Source: a virus
Taxonomy: Duplodnaviria > Caudoviricetes
IMG/VR virus record: IMGVR_UViG_3300036391_000027
Coordinates: 1-26,548 of that record
Reading direction: 5' to 3' (one strand)
DNA: 26,548 nucleotides
The notes beneath the pieces were generated by a model. The model searched no databases, was not told the origin of the DNA, and was given only the letters and a program-made list of their open reading frames with translations. This document shows positions 16,793-24,547 of this stretch, one piece after another. Within the stretch, counting starts at the first letter, position 1. Every line of letters begins with the position of its first letter. The position numbers and the translations under genes are program-made.

Positions 16793-16841
16793 CGTTAAAT
16801 TTAACGATTCTTGTTGACTGAGCGTTAATTTTAACGATCAT
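16793..16841 (+). promoter_or_regulatory. OL operators and PL-like promoter
   Basis: Perfect palindrome CGTTAAATTTAACG (16793-16806) and CGTTAATTTTAACG (16823-16836). TTGACT at 16814-16819 with a candidate -10 GATCAT at 16836-16841. Confidence 0.8.
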
Positions 16842-16870
16842 GGCCGTACCCACTTGGGAGCGCGCCAATC

Positions 16871-17083
16871 ATGCAAGCCGACAACCAGCACCCGAAACCA
16901 ATCAGCGAACGCCGTTCGCCTATCGCGAGGCCCAGCAGGGAAATGCTGGCTGGGGGCTACGCGCGGTACATCAACCTTCTTCGTAGTCATCGCGCCTTGC
17001 CTAGCCTGTCTGTCGATGACCTCTGGTTTAACTGGGAAGCCTTCGACGTTTCCGGGTTGATGACACCGCGGGTGCCGTCGTGA
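16871..17083 (+). CDS. Hypothetical protein, first gene of the PL operon
   Basis: 70 aa with GGGAG upstream and a GTGA overlap with the next ORF. Confidence 0.5.
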   Translation: MQADNQHPKPISERRSPIARPSREMLAGGYARYINLLRSHRALPSLSVDDLWFNWEAFDVSGLMTPRVPS

Positions 17084-17475
17084 CCACCACCCCGCGAACG
17101 ACGTTCGCGCGGGACAATGCCGAGGCGCCGTGCGGCAGCCGCTTCTGCGGGCGGGACTGCCGGTTTTGCAACGACGTGCCTCTGATGGGATCGACCCCCA
17201 CAGGTCCGGACCTCCCCTCGCCGCTCCCGACCTCGCCCGCCCGCCCGTCCGGCCTCCCCCTCCTCTCGACCGCCGTCCTCACGCCGGACGAGCGGACCTT
17301 GTTGCGGCAGATCGGCATCACCTGCGGAAGCGCCGCGGCGCTGATCGACGAGGCGACTTCGGTCGATGACGGCTGCGGCCGCGTCGACCGCTCCCTGCAC
17401 GCCCTCGACTTCATCGCGCAGATGGGCGACCGCGCCCGCGCCCTGATGGCGACCCTCGGGAGCGGCCGGCAATGA
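17080..17475 (+). CDS. Hypothetical protein with N-terminal Cys cluster
   Basis: Coupled on both sides by 4-nt overlaps. CGSRFCGRDCRFC motif, Pro-rich linker and helical C-terminus. Confidence 0.6.
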   Translation: MTTTPRTTFARDNAEAPCGSRFCGRDCRFCNDVPLMGSTPTGPDLPSPLPTSPARPSGLPLLSTAVLTPDERTLLRQIGITCGSAAALIDEATSVDDGCGRVDRSLHALDFIAQMGDRARALMATLGSGRQ

Positions 17476-17657
17476 GCGCGCGCGGGATCGTCGCCGCGAT
17501 CGTTCTCGCCTTCTGGATCGGCGTCGTCGTCGCCCTGTGGGACGGTCGCACGCGGGACATCCTGGCTGCGATCCTCATCGTCGCGCTCGCGATCGCCGTC
17601 GGCGTGACGACGACGCGCGCGACGCGGAACTGGCTCACCCGGCGGTTCGGAAAATGA
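17472..17657 (+). CDS. Small membrane protein (2 predicted TM helices)
   Basis: 61 aa with hydrophobic stretches IVAAIVLAFWIGVVVALW and ILAAILIVALAIAVGV. ATGA overlaps. Confidence 0.75.
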   Translation: MSARGIVAAIVLAFWIGVVVALWDGRTRDILAAILIVALAIAVGVTTTRATRNWLTRRFGK

Positions 17658-17743
17658 GCGCCCTCGAATACGCGCTCGTCATGGGCGTGTTCAGCCTGGC
17701 CGCGGTCGCCGTCGATGCCCTGCTGCTGCGGGGACGGCCATGA
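17654..17743 (+). CDS. 29-aa single-TM peptide
   Basis: MSALEYALVMGVFSLAAVAVDALLLRGRP, with ATGA overlaps at both ends. Confidence 0.65.
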   Translation: MSALEYALVMGVFSLAAVAVDALLLRGRP

Positions 17744-17826
17744 TGGACCTCATTGCCATGGGCCTCGGCTCGATCGCCGCCCTCCTGTTCATCGCCGCCG
17801 CGATCTTCGGCGAGGCCGGCAAATGA
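17740..17826 (+). CDS. 28-aa single-TM peptide
   Basis: MMDLIAMGLGSIAALLFIAAAIFGEAGK, with ATGA overlaps at both ends. Below the ORF-track cutoff. Confidence 0.65.
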   Translation: MMDLIAMGLGSIAALLFIAAAIFGEAGK

Positions 17827-18098
17827 GCGTCCCGACCGATCAGGACGTCGTGGCCGGCATGGCGAATGCCGACTACCGCGCCGGCTATCTCGAAAGCACC
17901 CTCCGCACGGCGTTGAGCGCCATGCAGGGTGCGCGGGCGGCCCTCACCGGCAAGCGGCATGCTTTCGCGCGCGACATTCTCGACCGCGACATCGCCGGCG
18001 CCGAAGAGGCGCTCCGCTTTTGTGAGGAGGCCAAGAAAGATCGGCTCGAGATCGCCGCGAGAGATGTTCTCCACCGGAACGTTGGGTCGTCGTGGTGA
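17823..18098 (+). CDS. Hypothetical helical protein
   Basis: ATG at 17823 (MSVPTDQDVV..., 91 aa) with a GAGG RBS. Coupled to its neighbours. Confidence 0.7.
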   Translation: MSVPTDQDVVAGMANADYRAGYLESTLRTALSAMQGARAALTGKRHAFARDILDRDIAGAEEALRFCEEAKKDRLEIAARDVLHRNVGSSW

Positions 18099-18451
18099 GC
18101 CGCCTTCTGACCTGCGGTTGCCCGGCGCCCTACAAGGCGTCCTTCGGGCACACCTGCATCGTTCACGATGCGAACGGGCGACGGTGGGACAGCTATACGG
18201 GCGAGGAAATCGCCAAAGACGACGGCCTCACCATCCACACCGCCGACGGGGAAACCTATTGCGGCTGCGCTAGGCACACAGGCACCGACATGCCGGCCGG
18301 AACGCTCTGCGTCGAGATCATAAGCGGCGGCGAAGAGCCCGAGGCCGATGTGAAGTGTCTCGATAGCTATCGGCAAGAGTGGATCAACGTTCAAACCATC
18401 GACTGGATCGCGGCGGCACGCGACGACGGTCAGCAGGTAACGGACGAATGA
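18095..18451 (+). CDS. Hypothetical Cys/His-rich protein
   Basis: GTGA overlap. Contains TCGCP...HTC and YCGCARH motifs. Confidence 0.65.
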   Translation: MSRLLTCGCPAPYKASFGHTCIVHDANGRRWDSYTGEEIAKDDGLTIHTADGETYCGCARHTGTDMPAGTLCVEIISGGEEPEADVKCLDSYRQEWINVQTIDWIAAARDDGQQVTDE

Positions 18452-18801
18452 CCGTGCCAACCCCTCACCCCCTTCAGGTTGGCGGGACGCAGGTCCTGCT
18501 GGCGGGCCGCCGGCCGGACGGCAAGGTGCTGGTGGCCAGCGCGAACCGCTTCGGCCGGCCGCTGGGCGGGCTGAGCGAGGTCCATGCGCATCAGCTGCGC
18601 GGGATCGGCTGGCACATCGCCGCCATCAAGGAAGCCATCGCGGCGTTGCCGTTGATCGTCTTTGCCTATGACCAGGACGCTGGCGACCAGGACGCCGCGG
18701 CGCGTGGGAACGCCGCGTCCGCGCCCGCCGGGAAGGGCACCGCCGCCCCGACCGGCGGGCGCCTTCACGCTCACTTCTCTCTGCCGACAGGGGACCGTTG
18801 A
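18448..18801 (+). CDS. Hypothetical protein
   Basis: ATG at 18448 in an ATGA overlap (MTVPTPHPLQVGG...). Ends 1 nt before the ParB-fusion start. Confidence 0.7.
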   Translation: MTVPTPHPLQVGGTQVLLAGRRPDGKVLVASANRFGRPLGGLSEVHAHQLRGIGWHIAAIKEAIAALPLIVFAYDQDAGDQDAAARGNAASAPAGKGTAAPTGGRLHAHFSLPTGDR

Positions 18802-18802
18802 C

Positions 18803-20575
18803 ATGACCACCATATTCAAGTCGCCGCTGCAGAAGGCGGTTGTCGCCTGGCTCACCGCCAACCCCGACGTCTCAATCGCCGAACTCGGCAAGCGCGCCGA
18901 AATCGACAGGGGTGATCTCGGCAAGATCAACTCCGGGCAGAAGCATTCGCTCAACATGGAATCGGCGGTCCGGCTGGCGCGGGCGATGGGGACGACCGTC
19001 GAGGGCCTGCTCGTCGGCGACGCGGCCGCTGCACCCGCTGCGACACCGAACGCCGTTCGGATCGACAATCAGGCCATCGCCGTCGGCGTTCGGCTGATCC
19101 CCCTTTCCGACATCGATCCGTCGCCGGACAATCCGCGCAAGACCTTCGATCAGGACGCCCTGGCCGAACTCGCCGCCTCGATCGCCGAGCAGGGCCTGCT
19201 GCAACCGATCGTCGTGCGCCCTATCGGCAAACGCTTCGAGATCGTCGCCGGCGAGCGCCGTTTCCGGGCGCTGACCCTGAACAGGACGGCCGCGGCCCTG
19301 TGCGTGGTGCGCGAAGGCGACGACGACGGCAACACGCGCGCGCTGCGCATCATCGAGAACCTGCAGCGCGCCGACATCAAGCCACTCGAGGAAGCTGAGG
19401 CCTTCTCCGCTTTGAATGCCCTCGATCCGGTGAAATGGACCGCAGCGGAGATCGCCCGGAAGATCGGGACGTCCGACCGGTTCGTCGCGCAGCGCATCGC
19501 CGTCGCGCGCAACCTGCATCCCGACCTGAAGGAGAAGCTGGCGAAAGGCGAGCTGAAGGTCGAGGTGGCGCGTGTCATGGCCGCTGCGCCGCAGAAGCTG
19601 CAGAAGTCCTTGATCAACGATCCTTGGGCGCTGCGCGATGCCAGTGACTGTCGGCGGAAACTCCAGGACAAGGCAGTCCCGCTCTCGGCGGCCTCATTCA
19701 AGGTCGAGGACTATAACGGCGAGTTTCTGGAGGAGGACGGCAAGCGCTGGTTCGCCGACAAGGCGCAATTCAGCCGGCTGCAAGCCAAGGCGGCGGACGC
19801 CAAGGTGGAGAAGCTGAAGAAGGACTATCCGGACGCGACGCGCGTCGGACCCTATGAAGCCCACAACTATGTCTGGGCGGACGATGGCGCAAAGGTCGCC
19901 GGCTATTACCATGACCCGAAGCGCACGGAAGCCAAGTCGCGGAAGCGCGGTCTGGCTGCATCGGATTGCATAGCCATCGTCTGGCTCGACGGAAGCAAGA
20001 TTTACACCGCGAAGAACGTGGTGCTGCAGTCCGTGTGGGCAGAGAAGGTCAACAAAGAGAAGCCGGCTCCACCGCTGCAGGACATTGAGCAATCTGCCCC
20101 CGAGGATCCAAGGCAGGAGCAGGCGCGCGTAGTGAACGCGGCGATGACCGCAGGGCTCGCCGGGCGTCCGGATATCGCGAAGCGTCTCGTGGTTTACGCG
20201 TTCCTCGGCCTAACTAACGGCGATATTGAAATCAACATGGATCCTCGCCCTCACCTCGGGAACCAGGCTGAGCTACTCGGATCGTTCGTTCGCGGTGATG
20301 AGAACCACTGCAACCGGTACGAGGTACCGCCAGGGGCAGAAGACAGGCTGTGGTCGGTTTTGAGGACAATGGACGAGAAGGCGGTCGACGGTCTGCTCGG
20401 TCGGCTTATGTCAGAAACAATCCATCTCGTCGGTTGGCGCCCGACTGCGGACGGGCTCTGTCGCGCGATCGCGGCCGAACTGTCAGTTGAAATCCCGTCC
20501 AGCATGATCCCGGAGCCGGTCGAGGCGGGGGAAGATGATGAGGACGACGGGTCCGATCAGGCGTCGGCGGCATGA
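18803..20575 (+). CDS. parB: XRE-HTH / ParB-Spo0J fusion protein
   Basis: ATG at 18803. N-terminal XRE HTH (SIAELGKRAEIDRGDLGKINSG...LARAMGTTVEGL), then ParB motifs NPRKTFD, GLLQPIVVR, IVAGERRFRA, ENLQRADI and a ParB HTH, then a long C-terminal region. Confidence 0.88.
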   Translation: MTTIFKSPLQKAVVAWLTANPDVSIAELGKRAEIDRGDLGKINSGQKHSLNMESAVRLARAMGTTVEGLLVGDAAAAPAATPNAVRIDNQAIAVGVRLIPLSDIDPSPDNPRKTFDQDALAELAASIAEQGLLQPIVVRPIGKRFEIVAGERRFRALTLNRTAAALCVVREGDDDGNTRALRIIENLQRADIKPLEEAEAFSALNALDPVKWTAAEIARKIGTSDRFVAQRIAVARNLHPDLKEKLAKGELKVEVARVMAAAPQKLQKSLINDPWALRDASDCRRKLQDKAVPLSAASFKVEDYNGEFLEEDGKRWFADKAQFSRLQAKAADAKVEKLKKDYPDATRVGPYEAHNYVWADDGAKVAGYYHDPKRTEAKSRKRGLAASDCIAIVWLDGSKIYTAKNVVLQSVWAEKVNKEKPAPPLQDIEQSAPEDPRQEQARVVNAAMTAGLAGRPDIAKRLVVYAFLGLTNGDIEINMDPRPHLGNQAELLGSFVRGDENHCNRYEVPPGAEDRLWSVLRTMDEKAVDGLLGRLMSETIHLVGWRPTADGLCRAIAAELSVEIPSSMIPEPVEAGEDDEDDGSDQASAA

Positions 20576-20682
20576 ACATCGTCCAGTACATGGCCGCGAC
20601 GCTCGCGAACGGCGACAGCGAGACCGGCGGGCGAACGGCGTTCTCCGCAGGACTCATGCTGTTCGCGCGGACGGAGAGGTGA
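20572..20682 (+). CDS. Possible 36-aa peptide
   Basis: ATGA overlap with parB (MNIVQYMAATLANG...). Fills the gap to the next gene. Confidence 0.4.
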   Translation: MNIVQYMAATLANGDSETGGRTAFSAGLMLFARTER

Positions 20683-20684
20683 TC

Positions 20685-20831
20685 ATGGTCAAGGTCACTA
20701 CGACGTGGGGCAGCCTTACCCAGACGCGGACGATCTTTAAGGCTCTGAAAGAGAAACTCGGGCGCGAGCCGACCAACGAAGAATGCCGCGATGAAGTGCG
20801 CCGGATTCTTCGCGACGCGCGGGAGGGTTGA
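20685..20831 (+). CDS. Small hypothetical phage protein (48 aa)
   Basis: GGAGAGG RBS. MVKVTTTWG...TIFKALKEKLGREPTNEECRDEVRRIL. Confidence 0.7.
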   Translation: MVKVTTTWGSLTQTRTIFKALKEKLGREPTNEECRDEVRRILRDAREG

Positions 20832-20834
20832 TCC

Positions 20835-21143
20835 GTGAGCCCCCCCACCCGAGCCAGCCTCAAGGGCATCGACCTGACGCTCGCAGCCGAAGCCGAGCGG
20901 CTGGACGCATTTCTTTCGGCGGCACGGCGTCGGCACCAGGTCGATGCGCTTGCCGAACTCGCCCGTTGGCGGCCGCTGCACGGCGTCGGGCGGCGAGAGA
21001 GCGACACCTACGAACTGAGCAAATGGGTGCTCGCCGAATGCCGCCTTCATGTCGAGGGCGGACGGTTCGAGCACGCCATCGCCCTGGTCGAGCGCTATCG
21101 CAGCCAACCCAACGGCCCCTTCACTGGAGATACCACCCCATGA
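20835..21143 (+). CDS. Hypothetical protein
   Basis: 102 aa with a GGGAGGG RBS and an ATGA overlap with the clamp gene. Confidence 0.65.
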   Translation: MSPPTRASLKGIDLTLAAEAERLDAFLSAARRRHQVDALAELARWRPLHGVGRRESDTYELSKWVLAECRLHVEGGRFEHAIALVERYRSQPNGPFTGDTTP

Positions 21144-22258
21144 AATTCGTCGTCGAACGCGCGCCCTTGGCCGCGGCCCTGACCCGTGTCGGCAAGATCG
21201 TGAAGCGCGGCACGACGGCCACGATCCTGAACAACGTCCGCCTCGAGGCCGTGGCGAACAAGGTGCGCCTGACCACCTCGGACGTGGACTCCTCCGTCGA
21301 GGTCGACGTGGAGGCCATGGTCAGCGACGCGGGCGATGTCACGGTCGGCGTGCACGCCCTGTCGGGCTTCATATCCGGCGTGCCCGACGGCGCGCAGGTC
21401 GAGATGCAGTGGGACCCGGAAACAAGCCGCCTCACGGTGCGGGCCGGACGGGGCCGCGCGAAGCTGGCGACGCTCGCGGCCCACGACTTCCCGCCGCGAC
21501 CCGACCTGATCGAGCCGGGTGAGTTCATGCTGCCGGGCAAGGAACTGGCGCGGGCGCTGGGCCGGGTCGCCCATGCGGTCTGCACCGAGGAAACCCGCTA
21601 TTACCTCTGCGGCGTCTACATGCGGCGCGCCGCCGACAACCCGAAGCGCCTGACCTTCGTCGCCACGGACGGCCATCGGCTGGGCCAGGCGCATCTCGAC
21701 ATGGGCGGCGAGATCCCCGACTTCACGCCGCCGATCATCCCGCGGCACGCGATCGGCGAGCTGATCGACATGGCGAAGAACAACGAGGCGGTCGACCTCG
21801 CCATCACCCACGCCCTGATGCGGGCGAGCGTGCCGGGCACGGTCTACACGACGAAGCTGATCGACGGCACCTATCCCGACATCCAGCGCGTCATTCCGGC
21901 CACGTCGGACTATTCGTTCGAGACGGCCCGGGCCGAGCTGCTGGCGACCTCGCGGCGGGCGGCGGTCATCTGCGACAACGGCAAGGACGGCCGCATCCTG
22001 AAGCTCAGCACGTCGCGCGGCCTGATCGAACTCAAGGGCGACGGCTCCTATGGCGAAATCCACGACGAACTCGACGCCCACACCGAAGGCGGCGATATCG
22101 AGGTGAACTTCAACGTGGCCTTCGCCGCCGACGCGCTGGGCGCCTTCACCGGCGGGCCCATCCACTGCCGGTTCGAGAAGCTCGGCGCGATCATCTTCAC
22201 CGAGCCCGGCGACGCCAGCCACCTGCAGCTCGTCATGTCCTACGGAGGGCAAGGCTGA
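21140..22258 (+). CDS. dnaN: DNA polymerase III beta subunit (sliding clamp) homolog, phage-encoded
   Basis: ATG at 21140, 372 aa (full clamp length). Motifs MKFVVER, ILNNVRL, EETRYYLCGVY, FVATDGHRL, KLIDGTYPDIQRVIP and FNV. Confidence 0.93.
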   Translation: MKFVVERAPLAAALTRVGKIVKRGTTATILNNVRLEAVANKVRLTTSDVDSSVEVDVEAMVSDAGDVTVGVHALSGFISGVPDGAQVEMQWDPETSRLTVRAGRGRAKLATLAAHDFPPRPDLIEPGEFMLPGKELARALGRVAHAVCTEETRYYLCGVYMRRAADNPKRLTFVATDGHRLGQAHLDMGGEIPDFTPPIIPRHAIGELIDMAKNNEAVDLAITHALMRASVPGTVYTTKLIDGTYPDIQRVIPATSDYSFETARAELLATSRRAAVICDNGKDGRILKLSTSRGLIELKGDGSYGEIHDELDAHTEGGDIEVNFNVAFAADALGAFTGGPIHCRFEKLGAIIFTEPGDASHLQLVMSYGGQG

Positions 22259-22818
22259 TGAAGGCTCCGCTTTTCTCGCCGCCCAACGACCAGGGGCAGG
22301 CCGTCGAGCCGCTTCGGGCGGTCCTGCCCGACGGTGGAACCGTCCCCGTGCCGGACGCGCTGCCGAGGTGCGTGCGTGCTGCCCTCGACCTCTGGGGAGT
22401 CCCGCTTGGCGACGCCCTGGCGCGGGAATTCTCGCTCAGCCTCGCATCGGCCTTCTTCACCGAAGGCCTGTTCCTCTTTCCCCGTGTCCGCACCAGCACG
22501 CGCGAGGCCGTCAACGCCGACCTCTACAGCATGGCGCTCGCGGGCCGGCACGTCGCCGAACGGCGTATGAGGGCCGCACAGGATCTGCTGTTCCCGGTCG
22601 TGCAGCGCGACGATGGCTACGGGCTGCGATCCCTCGACGTGCGCGACATGCTGCGCGCGCTGGCTGGGAACGCGGTCGGGGTCGACCGGTCCGACCTCCT
22701 GGCCGTCATCGAACGGCTGGACATGGCGGAGGAGGTCCTGCGCGAGGGGCGCCGCCCGCCGGCACCCGAGCCCGTAACGGTCGCAGCGGCGACCATCCCG
22801 ATTCCGCAGGAGGGTTAG
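22258..22818 (+). CDS. Hypothetical protein
   Basis: 186 aa with a TGATG overlap with dnaN and a GGAGGG RBS. Confidence 0.65.
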   Translation: MKAPLFSPPNDQGQAVEPLRAVLPDGGTVPVPDALPRCVRAALDLWGVPLGDALAREFSLSLASAFFTEGLFLFPRVRTSTREAVNADLYSMALAGRHVAERRMRAAQDLLFPVVQRDDGYGLRSLDVRDMLRALAGNAVGVDRSDLLAVIERLDMAEEVLREGRRPPAPEPVTVAAATIPIPQEG

Positions 22819-23376
22819 ATGGCGAAGGACGATACATATGACGGCCTGCGCGACCGTGTCCTGATCGCCCTGCGGGGCGGCGCGACGGTCGAGATGGGTC
22901 TGCGCGGCGACACCAACATGGCCGACGTGCTCGACATGGACCGGCAGCGCCAGTGGGAAGTTCCGGCCGCGGTGCTTCAGCATATGCAGGGCGAGAACCT
23001 GTTGCTGATGAACACGATGCCCGACCACCGTTTGCACTGGATACTGACCAAGCGCGGGCGGGAGAGGACGAATTCCCTGCCGATCGCCGCAGGTCAACCG
23101 CCGGCTCTGCAGCCGTTGACCCATGCCGAGGTGGAACAGGTCGGCCGATACGTGGCGTTCAGCACCCTCCCCGACTTCCCCGGCGATCCGAACGTCCCGA
23201 AGCCACGCGACCAGGTCGGCCGGCTCGCGCTCGAATGGCGACTGTTCCGCCAGATCGCCGACGCCGATCCGGCGATCGCCGAGAAATTCAACGACGCCCT
23301 GGCCCGCGCCGCCGCCATCGAGCGGACCCACGGCGAAGCGTGGCGTCAGATGCAGCAGCGAGGAACAGAGCCATGA
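22819..23376 (+). CDS. Hypothetical protein (possible N-terminal winged helix)
   Basis: 185 aa with an AGGAGG RBS. WILTKRGRE resembles a wHTH wing end. Confidence 0.7.
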   Translation: MAKDDTYDGLRDRVLIALRGGATVEMGLRGDTNMADVLDMDRQRQWEVPAAVLQHMQGENLLLMNTMPDHRLHWILTKRGRERTNSLPIAAGQPPALQPLTHAEVEQVGRYVAFSTLPDFPGDPNVPKPRDQVGRLALEWRLFRQIADADPAIAEKFNDALARAAAIERTHGEAWRQMQQRGTEP

Positions 23377-23540
23377 AGCCGGAAGATCTGCGCGAGGCAG
23401 CGGAAGTTTTTCGCACCACGCGCTTCGCCGTGGTGCGCGAGATAGATCGTAGGGACCTCGTGGTCGAGCATCCCGGAGTGGGCAAAGCTTTGAGCGACCT
23501 TGCGGAAGCGCTCGCGTCTCTGTTGGAGGGAAAGATATAA
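23373..23540 (+). CDS. Hypothetical protein (55 aa)
   Basis: ATGA overlap and GAGGA RBS. MKPEDLREAAEVF... Confidence 0.65.
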   Translation: MKPEDLREAAEVFRTTRFAVVREIDRRDLVVEHPGVGKALSDLAEALASLLEGKI

Positions 23541-23941
23541 CTTCCCGAAACGAACGTCAGAAGATCGTGGGAGCGTGGTGCTGCAATGCCTTCGACAGCG
23601 AGCACGCCACCAGCCTGCCCCAGCGCGGGATCCGCTTGCTCGAGGAAGCGGTGGAGCTGGCGCAGGCGGCGGGCGCCGAACGGGCGATGGCGCACAGGCT
23701 GGTCGACTACGTGTTCGACCGGCCGGCCGGAAAGATCGGCCAGGAGATCGGCGGGGTCAGCGTCACGCTGCTGGCGCTAGCGAACGCCGCCCAGCTCAGC
23801 GCCGACGACGAGGAACAGCTCGAAATCTCGCGCATCCTCGCCAAGCCGGTCGAGCACTTCACCGCGCGCAACCAGGTGAAGAACGCGGCCGGGTTCAACA
23901 CCTCGCCACATCAACTCGAAGGAATCGATCGTGAACACTGA
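23537..23941 (+). CDS. MazG-like (all-alpha NTP pyrophosphatase) protein; apparent start ATA at 23537, alternative GTG at 23567
   Basis: RLLEEAVELAQ...VDYVFDRPAG...QEIGGV pattern. The frame is open back to ATA at 23537, which has GGAGG 7 nt upstream. Confidence 0.65.
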   Translation: MTSRNERQKIVGAWCCNAFDSEHATSLPQRGIRLLEEAVELAQAAGAERAMAHRLVDYVFDRPAGKIGQEIGGVSVTLLALANAAQLSADDEEQLEISRILAKPVEHFTARNQVKNAAGFNTSPHQLEGIDREH

Positions 23942-24335
23942 AAAATTCAATCCCTCTGAGTTAGAGGTCTTCACCCGCAATGGGATCAAGGCCGGTATCG
24001 CTTGGGCGCACTCTGCTCAGGTCAAAGCCGGCTGGTGGACGGACCTGCAAACTGGCCAACGCAAGGACCGTAACGTCGGCGAACTCATCTGCCTCATGCA
24101 CAGTGAACTGTCAGAGGCGATGGAAGCTCATCGAAAGAACCTCATGGACGACAAGCTTCCGCACCGGAAGGGTATCGAGGTCGAACTGGCCGACACCCTC
24201 ATTCGCATCTTCGATTTCGCAGGTGCTCATAATCTCGACCTCGCGGGTGCGCTCGTGGAGAAAATGGCCTTCAACGCCAGTCGTGAAGATCACAAAATCG
24301 AGGTGCGGCGCCAGGACGGCGGCAAGAAGTATTGA
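23931..24335 (+). CDS. MazG-like nucleoside triphosphate pyrophosphohydrolase
   Basis: LMHSELSEAMEAHRK...EVELADTLIRIFD...EKMAFNASR gives the ExxE...ExxD metal-binding signature. GAAGGA RBS. Confidence 0.85.
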   Translation: MNTEKFNPSELEVFTRNGIKAGIAWAHSAQVKAGWWTDLQTGQRKDRNVGELICLMHSELSEAMEAHRKNLMDDKLPHRKGIEVELADTLIRIFDFAGAHNLDLAGALVEKMAFNASREDHKIEVRRQDGGKKY

Positions 24336-24337
24336 CG

Positions 24338-24547
24338 ATGAGCCGATCCCCCTACCAGTCCGGCCTGGTCGACATCGCCGGGATCGTGATCGAGCGGCGG
24401 GAAAAGGCCGTGTGGCTAAACGCAGGCACGAGCAAGGCCTGGTTGCCGCTCTCTCAGATCGAGATGGACCCGCCAGGCGCGGACGCCGGCCATTCGGTGA
24501 GTGTGGCCATGCCGGAATGGCTTGCGAAGGAGAAGGGCCTCATATGA
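24338..24547 (+). CDS. Conserved small phage hypothetical protein
   Basis: KAVWL...WLPLSQIE...MPEWLAKEKGLI, a pattern common in alphaproteobacterial phage proteins. Confidence 0.8.
   Translation: MSRSPYQSGLVDIAGIVIERREKAVWLNAGTSKAWLPLSQIEMDPPGADAGHSVSVAMPEWLAKEKGLI

Noticed and set aside
15649-16836. TTAA pairs as CtrA boxes
   Set aside because: Spacing is TTAA-N2-TTAA, not the TTAA-N7-TTAA CtrA consensus. The positions fit phage operators.
21140-22258. dnaN as the host chromosomal gene marking the prophage boundary
   Set aside because: No dnaA, recF or gyrB context. It is coupled by overlaps to phage ORFs between cI and int.
12998-24335. HD + MazG-like genes as a 2-aminoadenine (Z-genome) pathway
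   Set aside because: No PurZ/adenylosuccinate synthetase homolog or phage polymerase is in the window, and the genes are not clustered.
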